Positions 32,124 through 34,321 of a DNA stretch of 34,321 nt are shown piece by piece. Within the stretch, counting starts at the first letter, position 1. Each line of letters starts with the position of its first letter. The notes beneath the pieces were generated by a model that was not told the origin of the DNA, did no database searches, and worked only from the letters and a program-made list of their open reading frames with translations. The stretch covers positions 47,996 through 82,316 of the forward strand of contig NW_008246138.1 of assembly GCF_000281045.1 (NCBI RefSeq), given 5' to 3'. The DNA comes from Saprolegnia diclina VS20. Lineage: Eukaryota. The position numbers were made by a program, and so were the translations under genes.

Positions 32124-33348
32124 CTAGCTGAACCGACGCTTCTGGTTGAAGCGGCGCATCTCGTGTATTGCCGAGTCGAGCGGCTCCTGGCTCGCCGACA
32201 TGGTGCGCGCCTACGAGCGATAATGCGTGAGGAGAGAGGTTAGGGTAGAATAACGGGCGTACGCGGATCCACGGGTGCTCGAGCGCTTGCTCGGCGCTAA
32301 AGCGCTGGACCGGGTCGACGTTGAGGAGGTTGCGCAAGAACGACTTGGCGATGTCCGAGACGTTGGTCCAGTACGGGTCCGGAAACTCGAGGACGCCCGA
32401 CGTGATCTTGCGGTACACCGACTCCATGCCCGTCTCGTCCTCGGTGAACGGCGGGAACCCGCAGAGCATGATGTACACGACGACGCCGAGGCTCCAGAGG
32501 TCCACCTTGCTGTCGTACCCATTGTCGTTGAGCACTTCGGGGGCTACGGACAGATCATGAGCTTGGGCTTGTTGAGGGAAGGAAGAGGCTCGTACCAACG
32601 TAGTAGTCGGTGCCGCAGCTCGTGTAGGCGCGACCGCGGACGTTGGCACGACCGTACCCGGTCATATCGTCGTCTTCGTCTTCGAGGATTTTAGCGATTC
32701 CAAAGTCGCTGATCTTGATGTCATGGCGGCTGTCGCTCGTCGCCAAGAGGAGGTTCTCGGGCTTGATGTCCCGATGCAAGATGTTGTGGTCGTGGAGGTA
32801 CTCGATCGCGAGAAGGAGGTTCGCGACGATCTCGGTCGCCTGGCGCTCCGAGTAGACACCGACTTGGACGATGCGGTCAAAGAGCTCGCCGCCCGTCGCC
32901 CTAGCACGCAGACGTTACAGGCCATGCACATCATCGGGCGATGCGTGTACCGCTCCATGACGAGGTAGAGCTCCGTGTCGCTCTCATAGACCGCTTCGAG
33001 GGTAATGATGTTGGGATGCTTCACTCGCATCAGGACCGCGATCTCGTCGCGGAGGCTCTTCTTCTTGAGGCAGAGCTGCTTGTTGATGACCTTGACAGCA
33101 AACTGCTCGTTGGAGGTCTTGTGGCGGCAGGCGTACACCATGGAGACGCTGCCTCGGCCGATGAGCTCGCCGATCTCGAACCAGTGGTGGAACATGGCGG
33201 GCGTGTGCACGTCCGCGAGGCCATGCGTCACGAGGAGCTCTTCCTCCTTCCGGAAGAACGCCGAGAGCGGGGGGGCTAGCCTCCATCATGAGCCTCCTCC
33301 CTCGGGCAGGTAGATGGCGGGCGTACCTTGGAACGCGGGGGCCGTCAT
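32124..33348 (-). CDS. CAMK-group (CaMK1-like) protein kinase (5 exons)
   Basis: [77 protein letters not shown] and HPW, with C-terminal MRRFNQKRR resembling an autoinhibitory/CaM-binding segment. Stop TAG at 32124-32126. Confidence 0.92.
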
Positions 33349-34321
33349 CTTGCTGGAGATACGACGTCTTCTAAGGTAGGAGCGACGTGTAGGGCTGCTT
33401 GCGATGTCTACCTTGACATGCAAAGCAAATTAAACCCAACATTCGCCTGCCGCGGGGCCGGAGCATTTCCTCCAATCATACGCGAAGAAGCGTAATTACA
33501 GCCAATCAGAGGCGACAACGCTGCTGAAAATATTTGTCGTCTATACCTGCGCCCCAAAACCGAGGGACGACCACCCATCCCACATCTTAGCGCGGCTGCG
33601 TCGCCATGGCGTCGACTCGACAGGCCGTGGGACGCCTTGTGCCGATCACAATGCTCCGTGTATATACATGCTCCATGCACAGCGCTTCTCTTTTCTCGGA
33701 ATTTGACCTTGCAGTTGCGCGCGCAGTTGGTGCCTGTTGCCGGTTGTGATGATGATGACCTCATGTTCCCACGTTATGTTGAACGATTCGGGCTCGAGGA
33801 GGACGAAGGTCGCCGAAGCCGGTTGCCATTGAGCATCGGCGCACACCCGTGCGGTTGCTTGGTTTTGATGCCCGTGAGGGGAGCGGTGGTCGGTGGGAGG
33901 GCGCTCGACGTTTCTGTCGCGACACCGCACGCACGCACGACTGGTATTAGGTCATTCGACTGGGCCAGTCGTTTCAGGTGGAGCCCATCGCGCTCGCCGG
34001 ATCAAAGACATACCGCCTCCATGTACGTTGGAGGAGGCCAAGATTCGCATGTTCAAGTACCACGCAGTTGCGTTCGAGAAGAGACGCCCGTGACGGATCA
34101 TGTCCGTAAGCTCGACGCTCGTGAAGCCGGAAATCTGCACTCAATTAAGGCATTAAGGCAATGGGACCGCGTCTCTTTGCCATCGTGGCGTCTGCCATCC
34201 GTCCGCGCCTCTAAAAGTCGATATCCGGATGCGGACAGAAATCCTGTGGCCGCAAGTTTCTCGATCCTTCTTCTCTCTCATGCTCGCAACGACGTCACGG
34301 CTCGTGCTGCGGCCGCTGGCG

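Overview
Gene-dense, GC-rich eukaryotic DNA with many short (about 40-55 nt) GT-AG introns, typically GTACG...TAG. The architecture and gene content point to an oomycete, probably Saprolegniales (inferred, not shown). I reconstructed about 22 protein-coding genes by splicing manually; most ORFs in the supplied track are exon fragments or antisense shadows. Recognisable housekeeping genes are a Tpt1 tRNA 2'-phosphotransferase, a TBC Rab-GAP, a TKL kinase, APC13, BolA, SNU13, an FHA-domain SNIP1/Pml1-like protein, an EXD3/mut-7-like exonuclease and a CaMK. The most unusual items are: (1) a BED-like zinc-finger domain fused to an apparently inactive xylose isomerase, a candidate sugar-sensing regulator; (2) one gene with two complete TEY-type MAPK domains plus two WW domains, whose shared intron positions show internal duplication; (3) a small intronless HNH/His-Me-finger-like gene behind an atypical spacer with an 11-bp tandem repeat; (4) a guanylate-binding-protein-like gene that has lost its P-loop. 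I found no rRNA, tRNA, CRISPR array or intact transposon. All family calls come from motif recognition, not database searches.
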